Positions 1-9,424 are shown, numbered from the stretch's first letter. The stretch is 32,000 nucleotides of DNA from Verrucomicrobiota bacterium (GCA_018648805.1 JABGQM010000037.1:1-32000), one strand, 5' to 3'. Notes: a model not told the origin generated them from the letters alone. Numbers and translations are program-made.

Positions 1-155
1 GCATTATTCAAGCGGCATTCAGGTGGCTCAGTTTAGATGAGCAGACCCGGCTCAATTCCGGTGAGCGCTATAGCACTGCGACAGCTCAACAAGAACACGC
101 ACCAAGCTTGACATCAGCCCCGATCCGCGTACACTGCGCGAGTCCTTTTGAATGG

Positions 156-231
156 GCCAACGTAGCTCAGTTGGTAGAGCAGCTCACTCGTAATGAGCAG
201 GTCGTCAGTTCGATCCTGACCGTTGGCTCCA
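156..231 (+). tRNA. tRNA-Thr (anticodon CGT), CCA encoded
   Basis: GCCAACG acceptor pairs with CGTTGGC; D-arm TAGCTCAGTTGGTAGAGC; anticodon stem GCTCA/TGAGC with loop CTCGTAA; T-arm GTCAGTTCGATCCTGAC; discriminator T followed by CCA. Confidence 0.95.
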
Positions 232-638
232 GTCTTTTCGTTGTAACTCACCTAATCTTTGGGTGTTACATCTTGTGTGGCGCGTGAGCGTCCACCACTT
301 CTGCCACCACTGTTCCTGCGTTTTGCCCGATTGTGACAGCAGGGAACGTTTGGTTGCCGCCGGCAACACATGCTTGCGCGTAGCGACGGTAGGGAACGAG
401 CAGCGCGCCCCCATGTTTCACCCGAGTAGATCTTCCTCGACTCAACAGCGATGGCCCATCCATCCGCTGTTACCTCAAGAGAAGAACTACTCAAGCAGAA
501 GCGAAAGCACACCGTTGGTGACCAGGGGTGTCAGAGGACAATCGAACGTCAACGAGAACGATCTGTCAGTCAGTATCGTTGAGCCGTCAATTGGGGGTAC
601 TGCTCCTTTACCGGCTAATTCGTTCCCCGCACTGAGCA

Positions 639-974
639 TCATAGGGTTGCGGCAATCGGTCGTATACTTTCAAGTAGGCCCCTTTTCTCATGTGCCACCT
701 GCCATAGATCATAATTGGCCTGCAGATTCAGCCAGAGTTGGGGTGAGGTAACCGTTGCCTTGGCAATACGCATTGCCATTTCAGCGGTTATGGATTTACG
801 TGCATTGACGATCGCAGATACCGCCTTCCGGGAAACCCCTATATCCGCTGCAAATTCGGTGATACTGACAGGCACTTCATCAAGATAGAACTCCCGGAGA
901 GCTGCCCCAGGATGCGTCGGACATCTCTCTCGCTCCATTACCGACAGAATGGGTTCGGAATCAGTCATCTTCAT
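639..974 (-). CDS. higA: HigA-type antitoxin (XRE-family HTH)
   Basis: 111 aa with HPGAALREFYLDE...SITEFAADIGVSRKAVSAIVNARKSITAEMAMRIAKA, typical of HigA/VapI-family antitoxins; directly downstream of a RelE/HigB-like toxin. Confidence 0.9.
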   Translation of the reverse strand: MKMTDSEPILSVMERERCPTHPGAALREFYLDEVPVSITEFAADIGVSRKAVSAIVNARKSITAEMAMRIAKATVTSPQLWLNLQANYDLWQVAHEKRGLLESIRPIAATL

Positions 975-986
975 CTCCGATTACTC

Positions 987-1265
987 CTAATGATAGTCCA
1001 GGTAGTCAACAATATACACGTCGCCGCTCTCAAATCTGAATGTAACACGCCAATTCCCAGACACCTTCACAGCGTAGATCTGCAGCTGCTTCGGTCGCAG
1101 CAAGTGCAGATCCAGTCCTGGCAATCGGATATCGTCAATACACGTCATGGCATCGAGAATATCCAGAATCAGAGCCAGACGTTTGTTGTGTTTGGACTGT
1201 ATGCCCTTCAAGGAGCCGCTCTCGAAGAACGTCTTGAGCCCCTTGTGCCTGAAACTCTTGATCAC
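987..1265 (-). CDS. higB: HigB/RelE-type toxin (plasmid maintenance system killer family)
   Basis: 92 aa: MIKSFRHKGLKTFFESG...LDLHLLRPKQLQIYAVKVSGNWRVTFRFESGDVYIVDYLDYH, the canonical HigB-like pattern; 12 nt upstream of the antitoxin gene. Confidence 0.9.
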   Translation of the reverse strand: MIKSFRHKGLKTFFESGSLKGIQSKHNKRLALILDILDAMTCIDDIRLPGLDLHLLRPKQLQIYAVKVSGNWRVTFRFESGDVYIVDYLDYH

Positions 1266-1573
1266 CCCGACTCACCTTTCATTGTCCGAACAACCAAACA
1301 AGCGTAACCCATTCGGTTACATAGCGCAAGAGGCTTCCTGAATATAGATCTTTGGAGGCGTGGCGGCGTGGGGAGAGACCCGCAGCGAGGATCCTTCGTT
1401 GCTCGGGCATTGGCCGGTAAAGGAGCAATCACCCTAGTTTAGGCCTCAACGATAGTGACTGAGAATCTGCGATAATGAAGTGAGGATCGCCCCCGCGGAT
1501 TCCCTCATTGACCCGGCAGGGCACCAGGCATCAATATGGGTGTTGTTAGGATAATAGGCGGAGGAGAGGCATC

Positions 1574-1933
1574 ATGATACGTCGAGTAGCCGAGAGAAAC
1601 AGTGAAGTAAAAGAGCAGATGCGCGGTGGCAACGGGAGTGTGACCATCAGCCATCTGTTCAGCCGGGAAGAGTGGACCGCCAATGTGCGGCTGTGTGCGG
1701 AGCTGACCCTTCCGCCCGGGGCGAGTATCGGATCGCATCAGCACCTGCGCGAGGACGAGGTCTATATTATTACAGCGGGATCCGGCCTCCTGGATGACGG
1801 CAGCGGCGAGGAACGGGTTTCCACGGGTGATGCGGTCCTGACCGGCAACGGCGCGACACACACCATCCGCAACGACGGCAGTGAACCGCTCACCTTGATT
1901 GCCGTGATCGCCATGTATGGAGCGAAGGCGTGA
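1574..1933 (+). CDS. Small cupin-domain protein
   Basis: 119 aa with cupin motifs GSHQHLREDEVYIITAGSG and GDAVLTGNGATHTIRNDGSEPL. Confidence 0.85.
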   Translation: MIRRVAERNSEVKEQMRGGNGSVTISHLFSREEWTANVRLCAELTLPPGASIGSHQHLREDEVYIITAGSGLLDDGSGEERVSTGDAVLTGNGATHTIRNDGSEPLTLIAVIAMYGAKA

Positions 1934-3060
1934 ACGTGCTGCCGGCCAGCCTGCTCTTCCCGATGCAGACCCTCTCGGGAAAGGGCAAGGTGACCGGCCT
2001 GCTGCCCGAATGTGCCGCCTTTGGATCCCGCGGCCTGTTGGTTCACGGCCGGTCGCTGGCGGCCAGCGGCGTGTTGGAACGCATCCTGGCGGCAAACCCG
2101 TCCGGACTGGAGACCATTCCCTGGCAGCATCCCGGTGGGGAACCGACCGTGGAGCAGGTGGATGCGCTGCGCGATGTGCTGCTTAGCGGGGATGTCGCCT
2201 GGGTCGCCGCCGTGGGTGGGGGCAGCGTTATGGATGTGGCCAAGGCGGCCGCCGGGCTGCGTGATGCACCCCTGCCGACCTCTGCCTATCATGACGGTGA
2301 GCCGCTGCCCTCCTCCCGCGTGGCGTTCGTGGCCGCCCCCGCGACGGCCGGTACGGGTTCGGAAGCGACCATGGTCTCCGTGCTCACCAACAGCGCGACG
2401 GGCACAAAGAAGTCGATCCGCCATCCCTCCCACACCGCCCGGCTGGTCATTCTCGATCCCGACCTGCTGACGTCCTGTCCGCCCGCCCTGGTTGCCGCAT
2501 CGGGCATGGATGCGTTCACCCAGGCGGTCGAGTCCTACCTCAGCCGGAACGCGACCCGCCTGACCGATCACCTGGCCCTGCAGGCGGTGGAGGATATCAA
2601 CCAGAGCATCGAAACCGTGTTCAATGGGGGGGATGACGCGTCGCGCGAGGCGCTCCTGCGCGGCAGCTATCTGGCCGGTCTGGCGCTATCCAATGCGCGC
2701 CTTGGTTTGGTTCACGGGCTCGCCCACCCGCTGGGCGCCCGCTTCCACCTGCCTCACGGCCTCGTCTGTGCGGTCTGTCTCCCGCATGTCCTTCGTTACA
2801 ACCGTGACGTCTGTAGAGCGAAGTACGCACGCCTGGCGGATGTGCTCGGCCCCGATGTTGAGGAGCGGGTGGCAGGCCTGATCCGTTCAATGGCCGTGGC
2901 CAACCCGTTCGCGGACGAGGTGTTGCAGGACGAGGAGGAGGTCGTGGCCGAAACAGTCGCCTCGGGATCGACCGGGGCCAATCCCCGGGACGTTGATGCC
3001 GCTGCGGTTCGCGCGATCCTCCACGCTCTCTTTTCCGCTACCGGATCGACCGGTGCGTAG
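1930..3060 (+). CDS. Iron-containing alcohol dehydrogenase family protein
   Basis: GGGSVMDVAKAAA, GTGSEATMVSVL, SGMDAFTQAVESYLS and GLVHGLAHPLGARFHLPHGLVCAVCLPHVLRYN motifs of Fe-ADH group III; GTG start overlaps the cupin stop by 4 nt. Confidence 0.93.
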   Translation: MNVLPASLLFPMQTLSGKGKVTGLLPECAAFGSRGLLVHGRSLAASGVLERILAANPSGLETIPWQHPGGEPTVEQVDALRDVLLSGDVAWVAAVGGGSVMDVAKAAAGLRDAPLPTSAYHDGEPLPSSRVAFVAAPATAGTGSEATMVSVLTNSATGTKKSIRHPSHTARLVILDPDLLTSCPPALVAASGMDAFTQAVESYLSRNATRLTDHLALQAVEDINQSIETVFNGGDDASREALLRGSYLAGLALSNARLGLVHGLAHPLGARFHLPHGLVCAVCLPHVLRYNRDVCRAKYARLADVLGPDVEERVAGLIRSMAVANPFADEVLQDEEEVVAETVASGSTGANPRDVDAAAVRAILHALFSATGSTGA

Positions 3061-3079
3061 CGTCGCTCATGGCCCGGCA

Positions 3080-4099
3080 CTAGGTCCCGCTGGACGCTGT
3101 CGGCAGCGTCAGCAGCACGGTGGTGCCGCCTTCGGTGGGACTGAGCAGGCGCAGCGTGCCGCCGTGGGCTTCGACGACCGATTGGCAGATGGCCAGGCCG
3201 AGACCGAGGGCCTCGGCGGGGCGGCTGGTGGCAAAGGGCGCACAGGCCCGGTCACGCAGGGAGGGTTCGATGCCGGGCCCGTTGTCGCTGATCGTGACTT
3301 CGACCTCTGAGGGGCGCCAGAGGGTTGTGATCCCAATGTGCGTGGCGCGCTGCCCATCCCATAGCTCCCCGGCATTGAGCAGGAGGTTGTCCAGAACGGT
3401 CTCTATGGCCTGGCGATCGACCTGTATGGCACCATCACATGGCGTAAGCTCAAGTGATATGTCCGCTGCCGCCAGGCGGCATCTGTGTCGGTCTGCCAGG
3501 GCCGCCAGGCAGTGCGCGACTGGGACGGCCTCGGGGTGTAGCTCGTGCTGTCCGTCGAGCACGGCTTGCCAGGCTCCGGCGAGCGCGGTCGGTGCGGTGG
3601 CCTCGGTCGCCCTCTCGTTCCAGCGCGCCAGTGAGCCACAGCACTGCAGCAGCAGGCGGTGGCGTTCCGCATTGAAGACCACCTGCAGAAACTCCTCGTT
3701 CGATTTACGCAGGCGCGATGAGAGCGTGTGCAGAAGTTGGATTACCGTGTCGCCCGGCTGTGAACGGACGATTGCGAGCAGGGCTGCCGCGGGAATACGC
3801 CCCAGTCGGGTCTGCCCCACTGTGTGGGCTGACGCGCTGCGCTTCTCGCCGTCAAAGACCCCCATCTCGCCCAGGCAGTCCCCGGGTCCGATGCGCGCCA
3901 GCATGACGGTCTGGCCATCCGGCGTGCGCCGGTTGACCTCGATTTCGCCTTCGAGTACAAGATAGAGCGCGTCGGGGGTGTCGCCCTCTTCGAAGATGCA
4001 CTCCCCCGGCCCGCGGATCAGGTGCTCGGCGCTGCTTAGCAGCGCCTCGCGTGCGGCATCGTCAAACGGATCAAAAAAACTGTGGTATTCAATTTTCAT
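3080..4099 (-). CDS. Cyclic-nucleotide-binding domain protein with C-terminal HATPase_c (histidine kinase-like)
   Basis: N-term GPGECIFEEGDTPDALYLVLEGEIEVNRRTPDGQTVMLARIGPGDCLGEMGVFDGEKRSASAHT (CNBD); C-term VLDNLLLNAGEL (N-box), ISDNGPGIEP, GLGLAICQSVVEAHGGTLRL (HATPase). Track ORF extends to 4144; MKIEYHSFF at 4099 is the likelier start. Confidence 0.85.
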   Translation of the reverse strand: MKIEYHSFFDPFDDAAREALLSSAEHLIRGPGECIFEEGDTPDALYLVLEGEIEVNRRTPDGQTVMLARIGPGDCLGEMGVFDGEKRSASAHTVGQTRLGRIPAAALLAIVRSQPGDTVIQLLHTLSSRLRKSNEEFLQVVFNAERHRLLLQCCGSLARWNERATEATAPTALAGAWQAVLDGQHELHPEAVPVAHCLAALADRHRCRLAAADISLELTPCDGAIQVDRQAIETVLDNLLLNAGELWDGQRATHIGITTLWRPSEVEVTISDNGPGIEPSLRDRACAPFATSRPAEALGLGLAICQSVVEAHGGTLRLLSPTEGGTTVLLTLPTASSGT

Positions 4100-4180
4100 G
4101 GTGTAACCAGCGCCACCCTTGCATAGTTGGTGGGGCGTGGTCAACAGGAGCTGCGGATTTCCGCGCAGGGAGAGAGTAGC

Positions 4181-4825
4181 ATGTCACACATTTCAGTTGA
4201 GCAGTTCAGAAAGGATCTGGCGCAAGCGCCGGTGATTGCGATCCTGCGTGGGGTGACGCCCGCGACGGTGTTGCCGGTCTGCGAGGCGCTCGTGGCGGGC
4301 GGCATTCGGTTCATTGAGGTGACACTGAATTCGCCCGACCCGCTGGTCAGCATCGGGCGGGCAGTTGAACATCTGGCGCCGCAGGGGGTACACATCGGGG
4401 CCGGTACGGTGCTGACGCCTGACGAGGTGGCCGCGGTGGCGATGGCGGGTGGACGTTACATCATCTCGCCCAACACGGATGCCGCCGTGATTGCGCGCAC
4501 GAAGGAGCGGGGTCTGATTTCCATACCCGGGTTCCTCACACCGAGCGAAGCGTTCGCGGCGGCGGCCGCGGGGGCCGACCTGCTTAAATGTTTCCCGGCT
4601 GGCCGTTTCGGCCCGGGCTACATCAAGGAGCTCAAGGCCGTGCTGCCGACACCCGTCCTGGCGGTAGGTGGCGTCACTACCGATAACGTGGACGACTATT
4701 TCGACAGTGGTGCGTACGGGATCGGGGTGGGTTCATCGGTCTATCAGTCCGAGTGGGAGCCGACCACGATTCGTGATGCCGCGGAAACATTGATGGCGGC
4801 GGTGTCTTGTGCCGTGTCCGCGTAG
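4181..4825 (+). CDS. eda: Bifunctional KDPG/KHG aldolase family protein (Eda-like)
   Basis: APVIAILRG, GGIRFIEVTLNSP, HIGAGTVLTPDEV, FLTPSEAFAAAAAGADLLKCFPAGRFGPGYIKELKAVLPTPVLAVGGVTTDNVDDYFDSGAYGIGVGSSVY. Start taken at MSHISVEQF. Confidence 0.9.
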   Translation: MSHISVEQFRKDLAQAPVIAILRGVTPATVLPVCEALVAGGIRFIEVTLNSPDPLVSIGRAVEHLAPQGVHIGAGTVLTPDEVAAVAMAGGRYIISPNTDAAVIARTKERGLISIPGFLTPSEAFAAAAAGADLLKCFPAGRFGPGYIKELKAVLPTPVLAVGGVTTDNVDDYFDSGAYGIGVGSSVYQSEWEPTTIRDAAETLMAAVSCAVSA

Positions 4826-4851
4826 CGGACGTCATGCGATCAAACGAACGG

Positions 4852-5676
4852 TCAGCGCGTATGTGCGTGGCGATAGACCTGAGGGGCGACGCCGGTGTGC
4901 CGTTTGAAGGCACGCGAAAAGTGGTAGGGGTCGGGATAGCCGCATTCGATGGCAATGGCCTTGACGGGGAGTGGGGTGGTGCCAAGACGGGTGGCGGCGT
5001 GGCGCATGCGGATGGCAGTGACGTACTGGGCGGGCGGAATACCGAGGGTCGCTTTGAAGAGGCGACTGAAGTAGACCGGGTGCAGATGCACGGCGCGTGC
5101 CAGGGCCCCGACGGAGCAGTCGGTGGCAAAGCGGGAGGTAATGTGATCGAGCGCCGGCCGCAGGCGATGAAGCGCCCGGGCATCCGGCAGAAGATCGCCC
5201 CATTCGGCCGGGAAGAACGGTGCGACCAGTCCGCCCAGGATGGCGAGGGCCGTGGCGAGGGCCATGGGTTGACTGGTTGTGGCCGCTTCGAGCATGGCGT
5301 GAAAACGGGAGACCGAAGCGGCATCCGCTGGCATGGCGCGTGGGGCTCCGCCGGCAAGAAGATCGAGCTCAGGAATGGCGAAGACGTTGAAGTGTACCCA
5401 GTTGAGGTGCATGGTCGTTGCGCAGCAGTAGCGCGCGGCTATGCCGCCGGGGATCAGCCAGAGGTGGCCGGGTGTGAGCTGGAAGGTGTCCGCCGCTGTC
5501 TGGATCGAAATGTGGCCCGACTCAAGCAGATAGAGGCGGGCAAAATCGTTGCGAATCAGCTCACGTCCGAAATTTCCCCAGGCCGCCCCGTAAGCCGCGC
5601 TCTGCCCGGCCAGCAGCCGCCAGGTGAGCGCCTGAACCGGGGCGAGTGCATCGGGTGATCTATAGGTGATATCCAT
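4852..5676 (-). CDS. AraC-family transcriptional regulator
   Basis: N-terminal cupin-like sensor (HLWLIPGGIAARYCC) and C-terminal double HTH: ARAVHLHPVYFSRLFKATLGIPPAQYVTAIRMRHAATRLG...VKAIAIECGYPDPYHFSRAFKRHTGVAPQVYR. Confidence 0.93.
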   Translation of the reverse strand: MDITYRSPDALAPVQALTWRLLAGQSAAYGAAWGNFGRELIRNDFARLYLLESGHISIQTAADTFQLTPGHLWLIPGGIAARYCCATTMHLNWVHFNVFAIPELDLLAGGAPRAMPADAASVSRFHAMLEAATTSQPMALATALAILGGLVAPFFPAEWGDLLPDARALHRLRPALDHITSRFATDCSVGALARAVHLHPVYFSRLFKATLGIPPAQYVTAIRMRHAATRLGTTPLPVKAIAIECGYPDPYHFSRAFKRHTGVAPQVYRHAHTR

Positions 5677-5708
5677 AGAGGTAGGTTATATATATCTATC
5701 AACTAGTT

Positions 5709-5723
5709 GCAATGAGATATTGC
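5709..5723. promoter_or_regulatory. Candidate regulator operator: perfect inverted repeat GCAAT-gagat-ATTGC in the divergent AraC / URO-D intergenic region
   Basis: Direct reading; sits in the AT-rich spacer 5677..5794 between two divergent starts. Confidence 0.3.
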
Positions 5724-5794
5724 TGATATGGACTGTTATACTTGATGATGGTGGGCGTGTTACGGGCGAAATAGTTATCTAGCAAGGTGAGGTT

Positions 5795-6886
5795 ATGACA
5801 GCAGAGCAGCAAGGGCGGTACCAGGCGTTTATGGGATTGAATCCGCAGCGGATTCCGCATTGGGAGCACTGGTCGTGTCCGGATGGCGAGACCTACCTGA
5901 CGGGGATTGATCATTACGATCATCCGCGCCAATGCCGCGAGCGGATGCGGGAACTCTATCCGCAACTTGAGATCGGGGTACCGGCATCGGACGATCCGAT
6001 ACCGCGGCCGGAGGAGCAGGAGGACAAGGGCAAGGGGCGCTGGGGTGACCGCAACCGCGACCATTGGCAGCAGCAGGATGCCTCGCACCGCTTCAAAAGC
6101 GAGGAGGAGATGCTGGCCTTCAGTCCCTTGGAGCAAGGCGACTTCACGGACTGGAATGTCGTGGTGGATGGCGACTTCAGCTCGGAGGAGATTATCTACG
6201 AGCGTTTCCGCAAGCACTACCCGGCGGAGTGGGGCGACCAGGCGCCGGAAGGAAATCCGGTTGCCTGTTCTTTCTACAACACCATGTTCATGTGGCCGAT
6301 GCTGGTGTTTGGCTACGAGAACTTCATGAATCTCTGCCTGCTCCCTGAGTTCGAGCGGATCATGGAGGAGTTTGCCGAGATCAACCGCCGTCTTTTCCGG
6401 GCGTTTGCACGCCTGCCGGTCAATTTCGTGGTCTGCCACGATGACATTGTGTTGTCGCGGGGACCGGTATGCTCACCACCGTGGATGCATAAGTACATCT
6501 TCCCGCGTTACGAAGAGTACTGGAGTCTGCTCAAAGCGGCGGGCAAAGAGGTGATCTTCATGGTGGACGGCTGCATTGATGCGTATGCCGACGACGTGAT
6601 CGCCTGTGGCGCACGCGGCATCATCAGTGAACCCTACACCGACTACAAGGCCATCGCACGCCGGCACGAAGGCAAGGACCTCTTTCTCGCGGGCGAAGGC
6701 GACAACCGTGTCCTGATGCGCAACGATGCCGCCGAGATTGAAGCGATGGTGGACAGCATGGTCGAGACCAGTCGCATGACGGGTGGCTACATGATGTGTG
6801 TGGGCAACCACATCCCGTTCAACGTGGAACCCGAGGGCATCAAACGCTACCTCGATCTCTCTGCGGAGCGCACGCTGCGGGGATAG
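5795..6886 (+). CDS. Uroporphyrinogen decarboxylase (URO-D) family protein, probable corrinoid methyltransferase-like fold
   Basis: 363 aa; PPWMHKYIFPRYEEYWSLLKAAGKEVIFMVDGCIDAYADDVIACGARGIISEPYTDYKAIARRHEGKDLFLAGEGDNRVLMRNDAAEIEAMV; pattern of URO-D superfamily C-terminal region. Confidence 0.8.
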   Translation: MTAEQQGRYQAFMGLNPQRIPHWEHWSCPDGETYLTGIDHYDHPRQCRERMRELYPQLEIGVPASDDPIPRPEEQEDKGKGRWGDRNRDHWQQQDASHRFKSEEEMLAFSPLEQGDFTDWNVVVDGDFSSEEIIYERFRKHYPAEWGDQAPEGNPVACSFYNTMFMWPMLVFGYENFMNLCLLPEFERIMEEFAEINRRLFRAFARLPVNFVVCHDDIVLSRGPVCSPPWMHKYIFPRYEEYWSLLKAAGKEVIFMVDGCIDAYADDVIACGARGIISEPYTDYKAIARRHEGKDLFLAGEGDNRVLMRNDAAEIEAMVDSMVETSRMTGGYMMCVGNHIPFNVEPEGIKRYLDLSAERTLRG

Positions 6887-6889
6887 ATT

Positions 6890-7660
6890 CTAGCCGCGCG
6901 CCTGCAGGCGCTCAAGAATAGCGTCGTGCAGGAAGCCGTTGGAGAGGACGGTGGATCCGTTGTGGACGGTGCGGTTGCCTTCGATATCGCTGAAGGCTCC
7001 ACCGGCCTCGCGCACAATGCAGGCCGCCGCCGCGGAGTCCCACGGCTTGTCGAGGAGAGAGATGGCAAGGTCGAGCCGGCCGCACGCCACACAGCCGTAA
7101 CTGTAGTTGTCCATGAAGCCGTAGGTGTAGTCCCACGCATGCATGGCGGCGAGAAGCTGTTTCCCGATCGGTTCGTTCATCCGCTCCACCTGTCCGAGCG
7201 CAGACCCCATGGCGTCTGAAAGGCTGCGTGTATCGGATACCCGAATCGGCTGCTCATTCAGAAACGCGCCGCACCCGGTGGCGGCCCGATAGATCTCGTT
7301 CATCGCGGGCAGGTGGATCACACCCACAACGGGGTCGCCGGCGTCCTCGAGGGCGATCAGGCAGGAATGGGTTGGAATACCGCGGATAAAAGGACGTGTG
7401 CCGTCGAGCGGGTCGACAATCCACGTGCGTCCACTTGTGCCGGCCTGGGCGCCGGTCTCTTCACCCAGAAAACCGTCCTCCGGAAAGGCCTCCTGCAGAC
7501 CTTCCATGATCAGCGCTTCGCAGGCGCGGTCGATGGCGGTAACAGGCGAGTCATCCGCCTTGCGCTCCACGTCGAGGCCCTTGGCTTTTCCGCCCATCTG
7601 GATCGCACCCGCACGGCATGCGAGGTCCACCGCCAGACTCAGCTCTTGTGTGTAATCCAT
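6890..7660 (-). CDS. Inositol monophosphatase family protein (possibly histidinol-phosphatase HisN-like)
   Basis: DDSPVTAIDRACEALI, GEETG, WIVDPLDGTRPFIRGIP and WDSAAAACIVREAGGAFSDIEG motifs. Confidence 0.93.
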   Translation of the reverse strand: MDYTQELSLAVDLACRAGAIQMGGKAKGLDVERKADDSPVTAIDRACEALIMEGLQEAFPEDGFLGEETGAQAGTSGRTWIVDPLDGTRPFIRGIPTHSCLIALEDAGDPVVGVIHLPAMNEIYRAATGCGAFLNEQPIRVSDTRSLSDAMGSALGQVERMNEPIGKQLLAAMHAWDYTYGFMDNYSYGCVACGRLDLAISLLDKPWDSAAAACIVREAGGAFSDIEGNRTVHNGSTVLSNGFLHDAILERLQARG

Positions 7661-7700
7661 GGCGACACTCTACACGGCCGGTGGCGCATGAAACAAGCGG

Positions 7701-8450
7701 CTATTGTACCGCCTTGAGCACGGTGTCGAAATCGTAGACGGCCGCCGTGGTGGCGCCGGGGGGGATGACGAGGAAGTCGTCTTCATTCCAGTTGCCGCAG
7801 ACGAGATCGCGGACCAGGTCGAGGCGTCCGTCGAGCTTGACGAATTCCTTGCCTTCGGCCTCGGCGCGCTGTTTACAGGTTGCGAGCTGTTCCTCGCCGG
7901 GGCATTCAGGGATATCGATGAAGACGACCCGGTCGTGTTCACCGGGCGTGTGCACGGGGTTGAGCGTCTCCCAGAGGTAGGCGGCGTTCTCCTCGCCGTA
8001 CTGTTCGACAAACTCGGCGTAGGACTGACCGATTCCGAGATGCTGTGACATACTGTCGTCGGCGCGCATGAGCTCGCCGCCATGCTCCATGTAGCCGGTG
8101 GAGCTGAAGGGTGTACTGGGCGCCTCGCTGAAATGGTGCTTCCACTGCGCGCGGGAGCCGAGGAAGAGGGCGCAGCAGTCGTGTACCCGCGGGATGACCA
8201 GCGGGATAGAGGGGCTGACCAGCCCGACCGTCGAGTTGCCGCACAGGCCGAGACAGAGCGCGATGGCGTCATAATGCCGCTCAGATGCCCCGGCGGCATC
8301 AATACGCTCCTGGAGGAGCGCGCGCAGGATGTCCGCGTCGTTGTGGGCGTCCTTGGGCGTGAACTCGAGGTCGACAGCATGGGGGCCACGAGCGACGCAG
8401 TGACACACCTCGCGCGTGAACACTTCGCAGGCTATGAGTTTAAGTAGCAT
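7701..8450 (-). CDS. DUF1638-type domain protein
   Basis: 249 aa: MLLKLIACEVFTREVCHCVA...YDAIALCLGLCGNSTVGL...PLVIPRVHDCCALFLGSRAQW...TPFSSTGYMEHGG; cysteine-rich pattern recalled for DUF1638. Confidence 0.75.
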   Translation of the reverse strand: MLLKLIACEVFTREVCHCVARGPHAVDLEFTPKDAHNDADILRALLQERIDAAGASERHYDAIALCLGLCGNSTVGLVSPSIPLVIPRVHDCCALFLGSRAQWKHHFSEAPSTPFSSTGYMEHGGELMRADDSMSQHLGIGQSYAEFVEQYGEENAAYLWETLNPVHTPGEHDRVVFIDIPECPGEEQLATCKQRAEAEGKEFVKLDGRLDLVRDLVCGNWNEDDFLVIPPGATTAAVYDFDTVLKAVQ

Positions 8451-8482
8451 GTGGCACCTTTCCTAATTGATCGCCTGGGAGT

Positions 8483-9424
8483 CTATGGAGCGGCGGCCCC
8501 GCTCACAAGCTCTATCCGACTGAACCGGTCGCCCTGGCGGCGATGCGTGGTCTGCATGCGTTGCTCAACCATGTGGATGAAACTACCTTTCTTCAGCTGC
8601 CAGCGGGGGGCGACCAGCTCGTCGGCGGGGGTGTCGGTCTTGATGCGCAGAATGGCCATGTGCGGCGGCAGACGCTGGATGAACCCGATCAGCTCTTCGG
8701 CGTAATCATCTTCATCCATCAAGGGGAACGGCTGCGCTCGATATTCGTCGGCCAGAGCGGTACCGCGAATGACGTGCAGGTTATGTAGTTTGACGCCATC
8801 CAGCGGTAGGTGGGCCAGCGTGTCGGCGGTCTGTGCAAAGTGGTCCGGCGTTTCTCCCGGCAGCCCCAGAATGACATGGGCTATGATTCGGATCTTCTGT
8901 TCTGCGAGAGATTGGATGGCGGCCAGGCTATCTGCCCAGTGGTGGCCGCGCCGAAGTCGGTCGAGCGTGGCATCGTGAATGGTCTGGACGCCCAGCTCGA
9001 CGATGACATCAACGTCCTGTTTCAGATCGCTGAGCAGATCCAGTGTGGAGAGCGGGAGGCTGTCGGGGCGTGTACCGATGGTCAGTGATTCGAAGGGATA
9101 GCTGGCCAGCACGCGGCGGTACTGCTCCTCCTGAAGTGCCAGGCTGGCGTGTGTGCCGGTGAAAGCCTGGATGTAGGCCATGAAATGGTCGACGCCGTAG
9201 CGCTCGCGTGCGAAGTCGACGCCGGCTTTGACCTGCAGGGCGATGTCGTCGGTGATGGGGGTCTGCACCCCGCGTGCGCCGTCGCCCGGGCAGAACGTGC
9301 ATCCACCGGTGCCATCGTCCGCCCGGTTGGGGCAACCCCAGCCGAGATCGACCGGTACGCGATAGACCCGGTGCCCGTAGGTATCGATCAGGTACTGCTT
9401 ATAGCTGTAGTAGGGGGCGGACAT
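8483..9424 (-). CDS. TIGR01212/YhcC-like radical SAM protein
   Basis: MSAPYYSYKQYLIDTYGHRVYRVPVDLGWGCPNRADDGTGGCTFCPGDGARG; later VIVELGVQTIHDATLDRLRRGH, IIAHVILGLPGETPDHFAQT, GVKLHNLHVIRGTALADEY. Start set at MSAPYY; track ORF extends to 9556. Confidence 0.9.
   Translation of the reverse strand: MSAPYYSYKQYLIDTYGHRVYRVPVDLGWGCPNRADDGTGGCTFCPGDGARGVQTPITDDIALQVKAGVDFARERYGVDHFMAYIQAFTGTHASLALQEEQYRRVLASYPFESLTIGTRPDSLPLSTLDLLSDLKQDVDVIVELGVQTIHDATLDRLRRGHHWADSLAAIQSLAEQKIRIIAHVILGLPGETPDHFAQTADTLAHLPLDGVKLHNLHVIRGTALADEYRAQPFPLMDEDDYAEELIGFIQRLPPHMAILRIKTDTPADELVAPRWQLKKGSFIHMVEQRMQTTHRRQGDRFSRIELVSGAAAP

Noticed and set aside
205-512. Several short overlapping ORFs after tRNA-Thr
   Set aside because: No motif, mutually overlapping on both strands; region is probably non-coding.
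912-1307. 131-aa + strand ORF overlapping higBA
   Set aside because: Opposite strand matches HigB/HigA family sequences closely; this frame has no domain signal.
1266-1573. Intergenic region after higB as possible ncRNA or IS remnant
   Set aside because: No convincing secondary structure, terminal inverted repeats or motif could be supported from reading alone.
4807-5658. 283-aa + strand ORF opposite the AraC gene
   Set aside because: The minus frame encodes a textbook AraC HTH pair; the + frame has no recognisable motif.
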